This document shows positions 1 through 13,634 of a DNA stretch of 64,000 nt, one piece after another. Location of the stretch: the NCBI GenBank assembly GCA_053919585.1, contig CM132786.1. One strand, given 5' to 3'. The position numbers and the translations under genes were made by a program. The number at the start of each line of letters is the position of its first letter. The first letter of the stretch is position 1. Under the pieces are notes generated by a model that made no database searches, was not told the DNA's origin, and was given only the letters and a program-made list of their open reading frames with translations. Source of the stretch: Euprymna scolopes (taxonomy: Eukaryota).

Positions 1-2290
1 ATTGTTGATCTTGTAAAAAAATTGAAGAAAGTCTCAGGGACACTGGCCTTGAACCAGACAATCGTGCTCATTTTATTAAATTAATGCTGCTCTAGATGCT
101 AATTTTTTAGCGAAGCCTATGATTTGCTAGATTTACATCCTACTAGGGATGATCAACAAAACTTTGATGCAGAACAATCATTTCCTGAAAATGAACACCT
201 GAAGGAATCCAAGCGGCGATTGAAAGGTGTCCTTGATGGGACTGAGGTATTGGATAATGTTCTACCATCAGCGGTTGTGACCAGATTATCATCGATGTGA
301 AGCATGCGATGGCTGACCAGATAACAGCAAAATTGTGGATTCAATACTTTGATATGGTGAAGCTCTACAATTGTTTATCAAAGCAGAGCGCGCCGGGAAA
401 TGGGAATTGCACTTTGATGCTGTAAGGAAAATGCTGCTAATATTCACTGCAGCTTGATACGTCGGATATGCAAAGTCGGCTTACTTTACTAGCTTAAGGA
501 GGGTCTGCCGAATAGCTATCCTGAATTGTACCAGAAATCTTTTGGAGGATTCCATGTTATTAGATATAGTGATCGCTACTGGGTTGGTTTGACGATAGAT
601 CTGGTCATTGAGAAGGTGCTAATGGAAAGTATGAAGACGTCTTGAGATCTTAACCATGGAAGAGAGAATGGACGTTCAACGATTTGTTTGGATGCTATCA
701 CTGCCAGCATGCGCTAAAATCAAGCTTACACTTCAAGAACAAGCAGGCATTCCTTATGTCACTGAAAACCAGCACCAGGAGGCTACTTCAACAAGATAAG
801 AAGGTGGATGTGAGGGATGAGTGGAAGTACCTTGCGTTTCTCCAGCCATATAACCCTTTTACTGAAATCCCTTTCATTCACAGCATTTTAAGTGGAGAAA
901 CTGGAGCTAAAAAGTGAATGTGGACAGAGCAAACTCCATATCAGAGGCAATCATATATCCAATCGTTGGAGAAAATGTCTAAGAGTACACTAAAAAAAAG
1001 ATCAGGCGATTACCCTAGGTCCAAAGTTCGTCCAGCAAAGATTAAGCAGTTGAAACTGATCCACAAATCCTAATCCATAGACTGTATACAACAGCAGCAG
1101 AAACAGTTCACGAATGAGATCTGTGGTTACCCACACACGTTTTTTGATTATTATATACTACTACGAGAGGCAATAAAGCGGCTTTGGTAGATACAATTTG
1201 GGAACAAACTTTCCCTGTACAATCATACCCACAGTATTACATAGATGGTGGAGCACTACTTCAACGTCCCCGATGGCAAAAAGGACACACAATTGATGAG
1301 ATCTGTGCCCAGCACCACAGATATGTCAAACGAGATATGGAAAGGCATGCGTTTCCTTTGACGGGTCTGAAAGCGATCTATTCATTAAAGATGCGACTCA
1401 CCGACCTCGAGCAGGAGGCTCCGTTGGTGTTAAAGGGTCCCTAACTCCTTTCATAGTGTTCAAAACACAAGAAAGGATTTACTTGCTAATCAACAAAACA
1501 AACAATTGTTAATGAAGCTGCTGAGTGCGAGTTTGAAGGAAGCATGTTGCAAAGTATTACATGCATCTGGATACGCTGACGTATAGTTTGCGAAGACTGC
1601 CCTAGAACTTGCACAGACAGGCAAAAACATTTTTATAGCATATGCCACTGATGTATTGGTCCCTCTATTTTATAATGAAAATAAAGATGATAGTTACAAC
1701 ATATTCTTCCGCCACAACTCAAGGCTGGTGAAAAAGTGTGAAAGTCTGGAACATCAAAGACATGAGGAAATATTTTGAAGATTCGGTCTGTTCCAACATT
1801 CTTTTCGTTCATGCACTACGGGGTTATGTTTTTACATCGAGTATTCACGAGATTGGGAAGACATAATTCCCTCGAAAGATGATGAACAATAGAATATTTC
1901 TCAACGTTGCAGAAGATTTTGGCAGGGATAGCGGTGCAGAAAATATTATTGAAGCTAGGGAGAAGGCTTTGTACAATGATGATAAAAATATAAATCATCT
2001 CCAAGTGAGTCGTGTAAACACACGGTTGCGAAAGCTCAAAGTATGGTGATGAAAAAACCGTGCCAACAACGAGAGCAGCTACGACACTCCACAACTTTTG
2101 AGTTTGGAATAGAAAGATAGAAATCAACTAAAACCTGACGTGTAGTGATGGACACAAGATTGACTTGCCATCTGTTCCTTTTAATTTGATGGCTATGATT
2201 AGGTGTAACTGCACTACAGTGTGTTCAAGGGCAAAATACCGTTGCAGGAAACATGCCATTTACTGTTACAACTTGTGCGGTAATCAATAG
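1..2290 (+). mobile_element. Degraded AcademX-type DNA transposon ORF (transposase C-terminal part + XPG/PIN-like nuclease + Cys-rich C-terminus); 5' part outside window
   Basis: Manual translation across frameshifts and stops gives LWIQYFDMV, FIKAERAGKWELHFDAVRKML, GFHVIRYSDRYWVGLTIDLVIEKVLM, YIDGGALLQR (ORF 1184-1444), VSFDG, LLANQQNKQ, HASGYADV, ATDVLV, NILFVHAL..IGK and [30 protein letters not shown]. This is the domain order described for AcademX proteins. Confidence 0.8.
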
Positions 2291-2469
2291 TTGCTGGGAT
2301 TTGGGATTTTTTGTGCGGTTATTAATAATCGTACCGTATTTCCAAAATAAGGTAGATATAACATATAAGAAATATTTGGAATCAAGTCCCCCCTTGATGC
2401 TATTTCGGATGATTAGAAAACATAGCTACATGTTTTTTTGTCTTCCCTTCATCGAGTCCAGATGTTTTG

Positions 2470-2471
<2 letters not shown>

Positions 2472-2530
<59 letters not shown>
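2472..2530. repeat. (TA)n microsatellite (representative; more at ~3600, 3715, 4342, 14888, 20206, 23814, 26923, 31170, 31360, 32740, 40300, 43210, 45880, 46815, 48690-48830)
   Basis: Directly visible dinucleotide runs; the source of the spurious YIYI ORFs. Confidence 0.98.
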
Positions 2531-2533
<3 letters not shown>

Positions 2534-2603
2534 AGGTACTGGTAAATATTATACGTTCCTAATCTCAGGAATTATTGATCAGAATTTATATATATATATA
2601 TAT

Positions 2604-2652
<49 letters not shown>

Positions 2653-3595
2653 TATATATATATATTTGCTCATTGGAAAGCTAATAAGCTGATTTGTGTA
2701 GTGGACGATGTTACTTATTCTCATCACGTCGCGCATCAAGGGGATGGTCTATTATCAAGGGCCAAGTTTTGGAAAAATTTTACGACCATAAAATATTTCG
2801 GTAACGGTGCGGTAATTTTCCACCCTAAAAACCCTTCAACATTACACATATTATAGTTTATATAGATATGATTATATTATAGTTTCAAAAACACTAGAGG
2901 ATGATTTTTCATTACGAATGTAACGTCAAATAACCTCCCACTTTATTGCTACCTTTTTTGGGGAGGTGATCTGTTATTTTTATTTTAGGAGTGGTGTTTT
3001 TGTGGCCGGTGAACCAACAAAACATGTTTTTAAATTATTTTTTATACTTCCTTAGGTGTGTGTAAAACGAAGTTCGAGCTAATATATCCCGCAAATAAGT
3101 ATATTTCCGGTAATGGCGTAAAAGTATAGGCACACCTTAGCGTATGGAAATATATACAACTCCGGCTTAAAGGGTCCCAATGATCACCTGCTCTGACATC
3201 GTTTGATTTTTTTCTTTTGGGGTATATAAACGCGCTTTTCTGTGCGCCCATATTGTTACTACCGTTAAAGGAATAAAGTATAGATCTATGCCTCATTGAA
3301 GATTATGACAAAAGACATGCTGGCATAAGTTTATTGCCGACTTAATGTGTGTAGACTCACCGTCGGCGCTCATATTGAACATTTTTGAAAAATATGATTT
3401 CAATCATAGAATCTACACATTTTTTTTAATTTGAAAACTGAACTTCATCGTTCATAGTTTATTTAAAAAATAACTAATTGTTTATAAATAAGATTTGTGC
3501 CGTTGCATTAAGACACACTGAAGTGTTTCTGAGATATTGTCATTTAAAATGACGTCTAATTTTTTGGGCACCTTGATTATACATATGCATATATA

Positions 3596-3647
<52 letters not shown>

Positions 3648-3711
3648 ATATTTTAACTTTTAGACGTAATCCACTACACTAGTTTAATCTAATTTATTTT
3701 TTTCTCATAAA

Positions 3712-3773
<62 letters not shown>

Positions 3774-3862
3774 GATATCTAATTTACATTAGGAAAACAC
3801 GTTGCTCTCCCCCATCATTATATATAGCCCAAATCATCCGACTCTCTCGTCAATGACCATCC

Positions 3863-3901
3863 CTCTTGAAGAAGCCCGCATAAAGCGGGCGAAACGTTGA
3901 G
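3863..3901 (+). ncRNA. Minimal type I hammerhead ribozyme motif (U3 core variant), probably a solo PLE pLTR fragment
   Basis: ctc-TTGAAGA-a-gcccgc(ataaa)gcgggc-GAAA-C-GTT-gag: perfect 6-bp stem II, palindromic AACGTT stem III, 3-bp stem I. Confidence 0.6.
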
Positions 3902-4336
3902 TATCCANNNNNNNNNNNNNNNNNNNNNNNNNNNNNNNNNNNNNNNNNNNNNNNNNNNNNNNNNNNNNNNNNNNNNNNNNNNNNNNNNNNNNNNNNNNNN
4001 NNNNNNNNNNNNNNNNNNNNNNNNNNNNNNNNNNNNNNNNNNNNNACCAATTGAAGCCAAATTTGCGGACAAAGACCGAGCAAAAATCTTGTCCTATGTC
4101 TGAATACACTTTTTGTGAATTTCATATGTTTCAACAAAAAAATGGCTGAGTAATTTGGTAGAGACACAGAGGTGGGTTTTTTCTGACAAATCGTGCTGTT
4201 ATTCGTTACAAACTCGTTTTATTTTCGTTGCAACGAAAAGTCTTAGCACATATTGTTACTGCAGTAATTGTCACTCCTTACATTAATGATAATGTGCGTA
4301 TGGAACACCGTGTCTCTAAGAATAAAAATGCTGTTA

Positions 4337-4411
<75 letters not shown>

Positions 4412-4480
4412 ATGTACTTTTTTCTGTGTGTGTATTGATACTCATAAAAAACGTTTTCTTTTTATTTAGGTATTCATTTT

Positions 4481-4535
4481 CTACCCCCGCTGAGCAAATT
4501 AGGCACAGGCCCGTTTTTTTAAATGTGGAGAGTGA
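4481..4535. repeat. Dispersed repeat fragment, similar to 7864-7920
   Basis: ctacccccgctgagcaaattaggcacaggcccgtttttttaaatgtggagag resembles cctccccacaggacggagttagacaccaggggcgttttttaacgtggggaaa. Confidence 0.35.
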
Positions 4536-7500
4536 GATGGATAAAATTTATTGGTATGAAGGGTTTCCCCGTACATTGACCAAAACTGATTGTTCAGGAG
4601 AAATGGTCTGATACTAGGGGTCGCCCCGAGATATTACTTACATATGAGTGCAGTATCTGCCAGAACAGATACTACAATTTGATAACAGCAAAAAGATCTT
4701 AGCTCGAAAAGGCGAACCATTTTTTCTGTTTATTTAAAAGTAAAATACACTTTTACATATGTAGGTGGTGGGATTGCATTCATCTGCAAAAACATCTAGC
4801 TAATTTGCATATTCTTTTAAATATGTAATTTTATTAATTTGTTATTTGAGTTATTTTTTTGTTCTTATATTAAGTTCTATCATTACGTGTGATTATGTCC
4901 ATGCATATAATCTGGATGATTTATACTTGCTTAATATTTTCATAACAGATCATAGCAAACACAAATTTAATTATATATATATATAATTATGTATACTCAT
5001 ATGTATTTGTTTCATACATTTTGTTTACCAGACTCCTGTCAGTTTTTAGTCTACAGATATAAATATTTATACATAGGTTTCGAACCAAAGATAAACTTTT
5101 ATACTTGGGGTTTAGCCGAAGAATTTCGGTGCAAAATGAAAAGATTAAAAAAAAATGATTGGATAACGTCCAGCTACGGTATAACGATCATGCATGGTGA
5201 CGTAATAGTTATTGGTTCATGTTTTAATGTTAAGCCTTGAACAAACAATTTCCAAGCTCAGGCATTAACAACAAAAAATAAAAAAGTACAGATTATAAGT
5301 AACTCATAAGAAAAGCATTTTGCTTCCGATTCTTGCTGGTGGCGCAGGGATCTGTTTTATTTTACTTTTTTTTAATAATTACTATGTATTGGGTCCAATA
5401 TAATATTATTATGAATACGAAATGTGTATTGATCAAAATATCATATTAAGCGTATTTTACGACTGGNNNNNNNNNNNNNNNNNNNNNNNNNNNNNNNNNN
5501 NNNNNNNNNNNNNNNNNNNNNNNNNNNNNNNNNNNNNNNNNNNNNNNNNNNNNNNNNNNNNNNNNNNNNNNNNNNNNNNNNNNNNNNNNNNNNNNNNNNN
5601 NNNNNNNNNNNNNNNNNNNNNNNNNNNNNNNNNNNNNNNNNNNNNNNNNNTTCAAGTTTTCACAAATATCCACTGGACATGGAATATTATGAAACACACA
5701 AGTGGGCATGCATACATTTTACTATCTCCATCTTCAAATTTGTGCTATTCACCACATTTGGGCTAACTCATCCTCTGGCTTTCTTGAAGTAGTCAGAAAC
5801 AAAAACAACTATGAACATAATGGTAGTTGTCCGATTTTTTTCCAATGATTACACATCAATTATCTCAAAGGAGTCCTTAAATGAAAATAAACTATATACA
5901 ATAGCTTTCCAGTACACATCAGAACATGAAACAACAGATGAGAACGAAACATTGGAATTATGCATACATCTATATGTGTTAAATTGTATGTGGTGTTAGT
6001 ATGTGTATATTTCCAAACAAAACTACTTTGTCAATTTTGAGTCTACAGGCGCGAGATTTTTCATGAGGCGTATATAGAAAAATTTAGATTTAGGCTACCT
6101 TTATTTTATATGTATATACGCACATTAATTACGAACAGTACATAGAGCTCAAACATAACCTATATAAAGTGCTACTAATTTACAAATATACATATTATTA
6201 TAATATTGCAAAAGCGTGAGCAGCATATATTTTGGCAATTAGCTTGAGACGCCCCTGTTTCCGTGGCAAGTGAGGCGTTTTTCTAAAGCTATCACATCTT
6301 TGCCAGTGTTTTTACTTGTAAAAATATCAACTATCTTTGAATCTTACTCCCTCACCGATGAGCTAATTATTTATGTGCATACTTCTACAAAATCTTCGTC
6401 ATATTTGAACTTAATTTGCTATTAGTATACCGAATCGACTTTATTAAATACCATTGCAACTATAATTAAAATCTTCACGTTAATAACAGGTTCGTTTCAA
6501 TAGAGAACATTATATTAGACATTATACATCATTTACGTATTCACACACTTCAGTATACACTGATTTTATTTGCTTTTCTTCAGTTTCTTATTCTTCTAGT
6601 AAAGATATAAAGAAGCCAAAATGTCGACCTGGCACCATTTCATATAGGACAGAAGATAAATGGCTAGTCACAGAAATCAATAATAATGGCAGATGTACGT
6701 CTATAGAGGTTTTAAAATGATATCACACATAAATAAATATTGATATGAAATAAACATATCTTATAATAAACAGATCTCACTAAATTAAATAATTTCTTAA
6801 TTACAGTCTTTTTGCCTCGTAATGCATACAAACATGAACGGAAAGACACACAAACGCGCACTAACGCATACATATACGGACACACACAATGTGTGTGTGC
6901 GTACAAGAAACTATTTGAACCAGTCGTTTTTAGAGTAAAATGGAAAAACTTAATATGTCCCCGTCTTTTTTTCGATAAAAAAACAATTTTCACATAAACA
7001 CAGTTTAAACTTCAGATGTCAAAACCTCGTCATAACCCTGTGAGTAATGTGTCTGATTAAAAAAAAATATATTTATTCAATTTTTCATAATGGATTTCAA
7101 ATAATATACACCAATATGACACGAATTAGAGGAACAGTCATAGTATTTACACATTAAAGCAAATTTATGACGTCCATAATAATTAGTTTTATTAAATGTC
7201 TTGCTAAAACGATTTTTTTATACAGAGACTTAACTTTGGCTTGAAAATGTATTTGACACATAAACCTACTGTATAAAGAACTTAAAACAAAAAAATCTAT
7301 TAACCGTGTTATAAAATATCCATGAGACATGAATTTTAATCATGTTCATATTGACTAATATATTTTTCACATATTTGTATTAAATCCTTCGTTTTATGTT
7401 AGTAAATTTTCTTATTAAAAAAGATGTGTCTATCGGTAATCTCGAATTGCAAGTCCTGATGAAACAAACAATCATCATGACCAAAATTATTATACATACG

Positions 7501-8659
7501 AAGGTTTACGTTTTGTTTGGTTGTTTCTTCTATATTTTAAGCAGTCACACACACACACACCCATATATATATGCGTATATAAGAAGGAACAACATGCGTA
7601 TATATATATATATATATATATATAATTCCACAAGACTTAAGTCAATCTTTTATACCGATATATCTTATATGATAAACCTCTTTAGTTTTGCAATTGTCTC
7701 TTTACCTTTTTGTCAAGCTTCAACTGTATCTCGTTAAAATATATTCCAATAATAACCGATCGTCAGCCCAGAAATACCAATGATAGAGATATAAAAGCAG
7801 ACACTATTTGTTATTTACAAGAACTGAAACTCACCCCTCCTCCTTCATTTTCCTATTTACAATGCCTCCCCACAGGACGGAGTTAGACACCAGGGGCGTT
7901 TTTTAACGTGGGGAAAAGGTACAAAAATAAAAAAAAATTGTCTAAGTCGTGAAGGACTGCTCCTTAACTGAAAGAAAACAAGAAATGGAAGTGCAGCATC
8001 TGAAGATCATATACTACACTTTGATCTTGACCAAAAGGCCAAGTTTATTCTCAGATTAATCAAATTCTCTTTTCAACTTAATTTCCTATTTCTGTTTTTT
8101 AATTATTTAATTTTATGTAATTTTTTGTGTTTTTATATTTATTTAATAATGAAATTACTTGTTTATTTTTATTTATTACCTTTCTATTTTCTCATAAAAT
8201 TTTCTTGTAACTTTATCTCTCTCTATCTCTCTTTCTTTCTCTCTCTATATATCTATCTATATATATACATATATAAATATATATATACATATATAAATAT
8301 ATATATATATCATTAGTATAATTATTTGTGTAAATATTGTGTTTATCAATAATTAATACTCTTTCTTTTTTCTTTTTATAACGCTGTAATAAAACGTATT
8401 ATTAAAATTATCTTTTATACTTTCTCTTTATTCAATATTGATGTANNNNNNNNNNNNNNNNNNNNNNNNNNNNNNNNNNNNNNNNNNNNNNNNNNNNNNN
8501 NNNNNNNNNNNNNNNNNNNNNNNNNNNNNNNNNNNNNNNNNNNNNNNNNNNNNNNNNNNNNNNNNNNNNNNNNNNNNNNNNNNNNNNNNNNNNNNNNNNN
8601 NNNNNNNNNNNNNNNNNNNNNNNNNNNNNNNNNNNNNNNNNNNNNNNNNNNNNNNNNNN

Positions 8660-9892
8660 CATTTTTGGACGTTCATCTTCAAAGGATCATAACTTCTTCA
8701 TAATTAATTTACATAATCGAAAGAAGAACTATTAGAACTGACATAATTTTTCAAACGAGAAACAAGTTCATCATTTCATCGCATAGGAATACAAAACTCT
8801 GGAAACGATGAAATCATTGAATGCTGATTCGTCATCATCGCTATATTTGAAGCATTTTCGGTGCAGGAAGTTTTCGAAATGCTTGAAAAAGTTATAATCG
8901 GTGGGGAGAGGTCTGATGAATATTGCAGATTAGGCAATTTGGTAGTCCAATTCGTTCAGCTTCTGCAGTGTCATTTGGGCAAAAGGCATGCCGGCAGTGT
9001 CATGGAGAAGAATTCGTTCTGTCATATTGACGAATCCCGGGCACATACGTTCGAGCCCCTGGTGCATTTCTATTTTTGTTTCAGTTATTCTCCGCGGTAA
9101 TCGTTTAGCCGGGAGTTTAAAAAAAAGTGTTTATGATAAGACCAGCCACAGATAACCAGTAGTCACCATAATAATTTTAGGGTGCAATTTACGCTTCGGG
9201 AAGTTTAGGGGAGCTACTCCGGCATCCAACCACTGTGCCCAACGTCACCAGTTGTCGTATAGGATCCACTTTTCATCAACCATCACAATCAGGTTGAGAA
9301 ATGAGTCGTTTTTGTTGCGCAAAAAGAAGCGTAGAAGGCACCAGCATCCAATACATGCGGCACCCATAGATCCACCTTTCTTTTACTTCTCTTTATGCTT
9401 AAAATGGTGAATGACTGTTGAGTGGTCGACCTCGAGTTAAATAGCACTTCTCGTGTGGTTTTTGCCAGGATCGGCTTCAAAGAAGGCTTTCAAATTTTCG
9501 CTGTCAACTTGAGTGTGCCGGCCGCGACCTTTTCATCTCGAGGTTCTCGTCACCTTTGCGGAATTTTTTTAACCACCGCTGTGCAACGTGTTCGTTAGTT
9601 ATTCTGGGCCAAACGTAGCATTGATAGCACAAGGTGTCTTGGCAGCTTTTCAGCCTACTTTGAATTGGAACAAGCAAATCATATGGTTTTGAATTTTGTC
9701 CATGCTGCCCCAAAAGCATGTAACAATCAATGGGGGGATTGAAAACAGTTTCAGATAACAATATTCTATAGGGTAAATGACGTGGTTCAAAATATATGTA
9801 ACATGGTCGTATATGTCATTGAATTAAGTAAAAAAATCATGTATAAATTAAAACATCTGTGAGAAAACGAATTTGTTTTTCACCATCCTATT
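8660..9892 (-). mobile_element. Degraded mariner element (cecropia/Hsmar1-like), transposase pseudogene ~8715-9720
   Basis: Minus-strand translation: VAQRWLKKFRKGDENLE, WVPHVL, IVMVDEKWILYDN..AQWLD..PKRKLHPKIIMVT, ILLHDTA, YSSDLSP.DYNFFKHFENFL. A TIR-like taataggatggtgaaaaacaaatt lies at ~9869-9892; the other TIR probably lies in the N-run 8446-8659. Confidence 0.92.
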
Positions 9893-12800
9893 AATTTTGC
9901 CGTCTTAATAAAAGAGCTACTATAAGATAAGAATGTCGCCAGTTATACTGAATATCCGCAGAATATAAACATCAATATATTATATAGAGAAAGTGTCCGC
10001 TGTGGAATCTCCACAGGTTCTGCTAGTATAACTCATTGCTTCCAATTCTGGTGTGTATTTGTATTTGTTTGGAGCAAGAAAAAAAAACTATATTTTTTGC
10101 TGCAGTATCCGTCAGTCTACGATTAATGCCGAAGGATACCGTATCATTGTCTTTTTTTATAATTTTTAGTTCATTGCAGAACAAACATGTTTTCTCGAAA
10201 AGTAAAAACGACAGGTCATTTGAACTTTAACTTTTCTGTGAAAAAGTGTTCTATTGAATTACTTCGTAATAACAATGTTTAAACTATTGTGAAGTTAACT
10301 CTTGAATAGTTGTTTTTCTTACCAGAATTTTGCAATTAATAATAATCATTAAAATTCAATGTTTATTCAAAACAGGTTGCAATTGCTCAGTAGACTTATA
10401 ATCACATTTTTCAAACAAATAATCTCCTCGTAAATAAACATATTTGTTCAATCCTTTGAAATACAAAAAAAAAATAATGTAGGAATAATTCACATTTCCA
10501 TAGATGTGTATTGTAGAATCGGCTCTTTTGACAGAGGGTTGTTATTCCTTAAATTACTTGTATCATCTTATAATATATGCAAGTAATTCTGAAAGTTATT
10601 ATTTAACAGGGAGGTAACATATTACCGTTCAGTGGATATCAATCAGATTTTAAGGCATCATCCCCTTCGTTAATAAGAGAAACTGAATATTGTAGGACCC
10701 TTGTAATTGCTATGATGTTATACTCGTACTGGCCATTTGACTTTCTATAAATATTCTCCCAGGGATAATCCCATCTATGTTGGATAGTATAGTGTGGTAT
10801 ATTTTCAGTAGTCATAATTCCATACAACCAACCATAACCTTATGCGTTTAAAAAAAAGAATGTTGTACATTCGTTCATCATACCACCCAATCTGAGAAGG
10901 CATTACCATCTCCAGTGTGGCGAGGATACGTTTTACATTTTTTTTAGTCATGGAATCATTATTATTTGTCATGATACATTTTCTGAGAATTTCCTTATTT
11001 TTGAGGGACTGTATTATTCATCTTCGGCCTTCTTATTATGTCATTATTGGTTTAATATTTCTCTTTGGAAGAATCATGCAGTATCCTATTCGTAATATTA
11101 TTAACATGATAAGTATAAACTATGCGTTTTTATAGAACATAGTTGTATTCGTCATTGTATTATTCTTTAATCATTACAGTCTTTTGTTAGGTCGGTGTAT
11201 ACAGTGCGTTCATCAGGTCTTCATGTTTTTGCATAGTAAAATATTCCACCGAATATTTTCTAGTATCTCATAATAGAAATACTATGAATCAATACAAACA
11301 TCAATGATTACAATCACCAGTTTTTTTTTCTACTCGGACTGATTTGCGTTGGCGTACTCTTCCTTTGCTGTCTTTTTCTAAGATCGTATAAACATACAGA
11401 AAGATTGATTGTTTTTAAACTCCCTGCTTAGATCTCCCCTGTATATTAATCTACTCGATTTTGTTCTGGTTTAATTTGAACTCAAGTAATCAATAAATAA
11501 GAATTTAAATATAAACTATCTCTTAATCGACAGTTTTAAAGACCTATTTCCATCAGAAGCCATGTGATGCTGTCGCTTGACGAAAGGTCAATTTCTCACC
11601 AGTGTAGCATGCTTCGATAGATTCAGACACCAAGCTAAGCAAATTGTTACAATACCTATGGGCCCTGATTACATTAAAATATTTCCACTAGTAAATATTA
11701 GGGCTGGTATATGTGTGTGATTACTTGGATAATAGATGAAGGACCATCTCTGCGAAAATTGCAAATTATATTTTTTTTTACTGATAGATATATCTGGGGT
11801 GGAGGGGAGGTGTTTGTTTGCTTTATGATTTGAATTGATGCTTGTGTTTAGACTTTACGTAATTGGACTGAACGCAACGATTCGACCAGAATAAAAAAAT
11901 AATAATTGTTTTATTAGGTATTTATGTATGTTAAAAACACGTAACAACTAATCCGTTTATTATTTCAATTCACGGCGAAAAGAAAATGCCAACTAAGAGA
12001 GAGTTGTACATTTGACTCCCGGCTATAAGATCATATTTAGCCTTGTGAATCTCGATTGGTTAGTATGGTTGAACTTTTAGATTTATAGAATTATTTTAAA
12101 ATTATTGATTAAACTTTATCTCCGCGCCAAAACAGAAAATTATATTTCAAGTGATGGCAGAAAAAATGCCAATTCCAAAAGAATTAAGCATTTGGACCGC
12201 AGTTATGAGATTTTATTTGACCTTTGAATACCCGTTGGACCAGTCGATTTAGTTTTGGTTATTAACCAGTTTGCTACAGCATGAGTCGATATGGCAGGCT
12301 TTAATTGGTCGGTCTGAGTGGGGGATCGCCCCTCTACGCGAACAAATTCTCAGGATAAATTACAGCGTTGTGTTTGTCAGCAGTTAGCTCCGCCGAAGAA
12401 TTGTCGACAGTTTGCTCCGCCGAAGAATTCTCAGTTCCGCAACCATCCTATCAGAGCTCCGTCAACGTTTCATGGCGATTTAGAGATTGCTTCTAGCATT
12501 AGAACTTGGGAAGCGAACTCAAACTGAATTTATTAGATTCAATTGTGCAAATGATGTTCGTTTTTCCATGAATTCAACTCATAAATTAGTGAGGAGACCC
12601 TCATACTAATTAGAAACGACAAAGATATTTCACTGACATGCTAAGAGAATTTCAAAGCTTGAATACGTCAAGAGAAGCTGTTAAATCAAAGTGCCGTTAA
12701 AATTAGGCAGAGAGTGAGAGTTCGTCCGATGGATCGGAACTCAGAAAGCGAACTCAAGTCAGTGTAGGGGGATTCAATTCTGCAAAGGATATTCAATGTA

Positions 12801-13588
12801 CTATTAATTAGCTCATGCGAAATTCGGGAGGGGGCGGCTCTTTTATTAATTCGCACCGACAAAGATATTTCCTTGATATGGTAAAATTACTCTAAAGCTT
12901 GATTAGCGTCGATATGAATGAAAATCTTAGAAAAGCAAAAAAAAAAAAAATAAATAAATAAATAAATAAATAAAAATAAATAAAACACCAAAAACAAAAT
13001 AAAAATTAATAAATAAACATAAAACGTGATTTATTTATAACATGACTAATATTATAGACAGTGGCAAAATTTAAATACAATGCGTTGAATACATTTGTTC
13101 TGTGTCTATTTCTCTGTTGATTTCTTTAGCAATTAATTTGTCGAAATATATTCCCCGAACTGTCCACATACAAGCTTTTGTCATTATATATCCTCATCGC
13201 TATAACAACGACCGTGATTTCGACTTGCTTTTTTTTCCTACGCTTTCACCGCTCGCCAGGAAGAACGCAATATCAACCCGTTGAGCGAACTTTTTTTTTT
13301 CAACAGCGACATACGTTGCTCGACACAGCACAATCTATTTTGAATTCCCAGGTACGTACAACAGCCTCTTTACTTTTTTTTTGACCTAAGTCTAATCAAG
13401 ATCTGTTTTCTTTCTATGTATAACCGTACGTTTAATAAACACTCAAACTGCGTTGTAAACACCAGTCGTAATTTTCCGATTTTTATCGGTTGCAGGTCAT
13501 GATACACAAACACTAGTGAATAGATTTTTATTATATAAACAAAGAGAAAACGAGTTAACACATTATACAGACATTAGTACGCGTATAC

Positions 13589-13634
13589 ATGTAACTCTTT
13601 TTACACTTCTGTAGAAGTGTAAAAAGAGTTACAT
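13589..13634. repeat. Perfect 22-bp inverted repeat with 2-nt spacer
   Basis: atgtaactctttttacacttct-gt-agaagtgtaaaaagagttacat. Confidence 0.95.
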
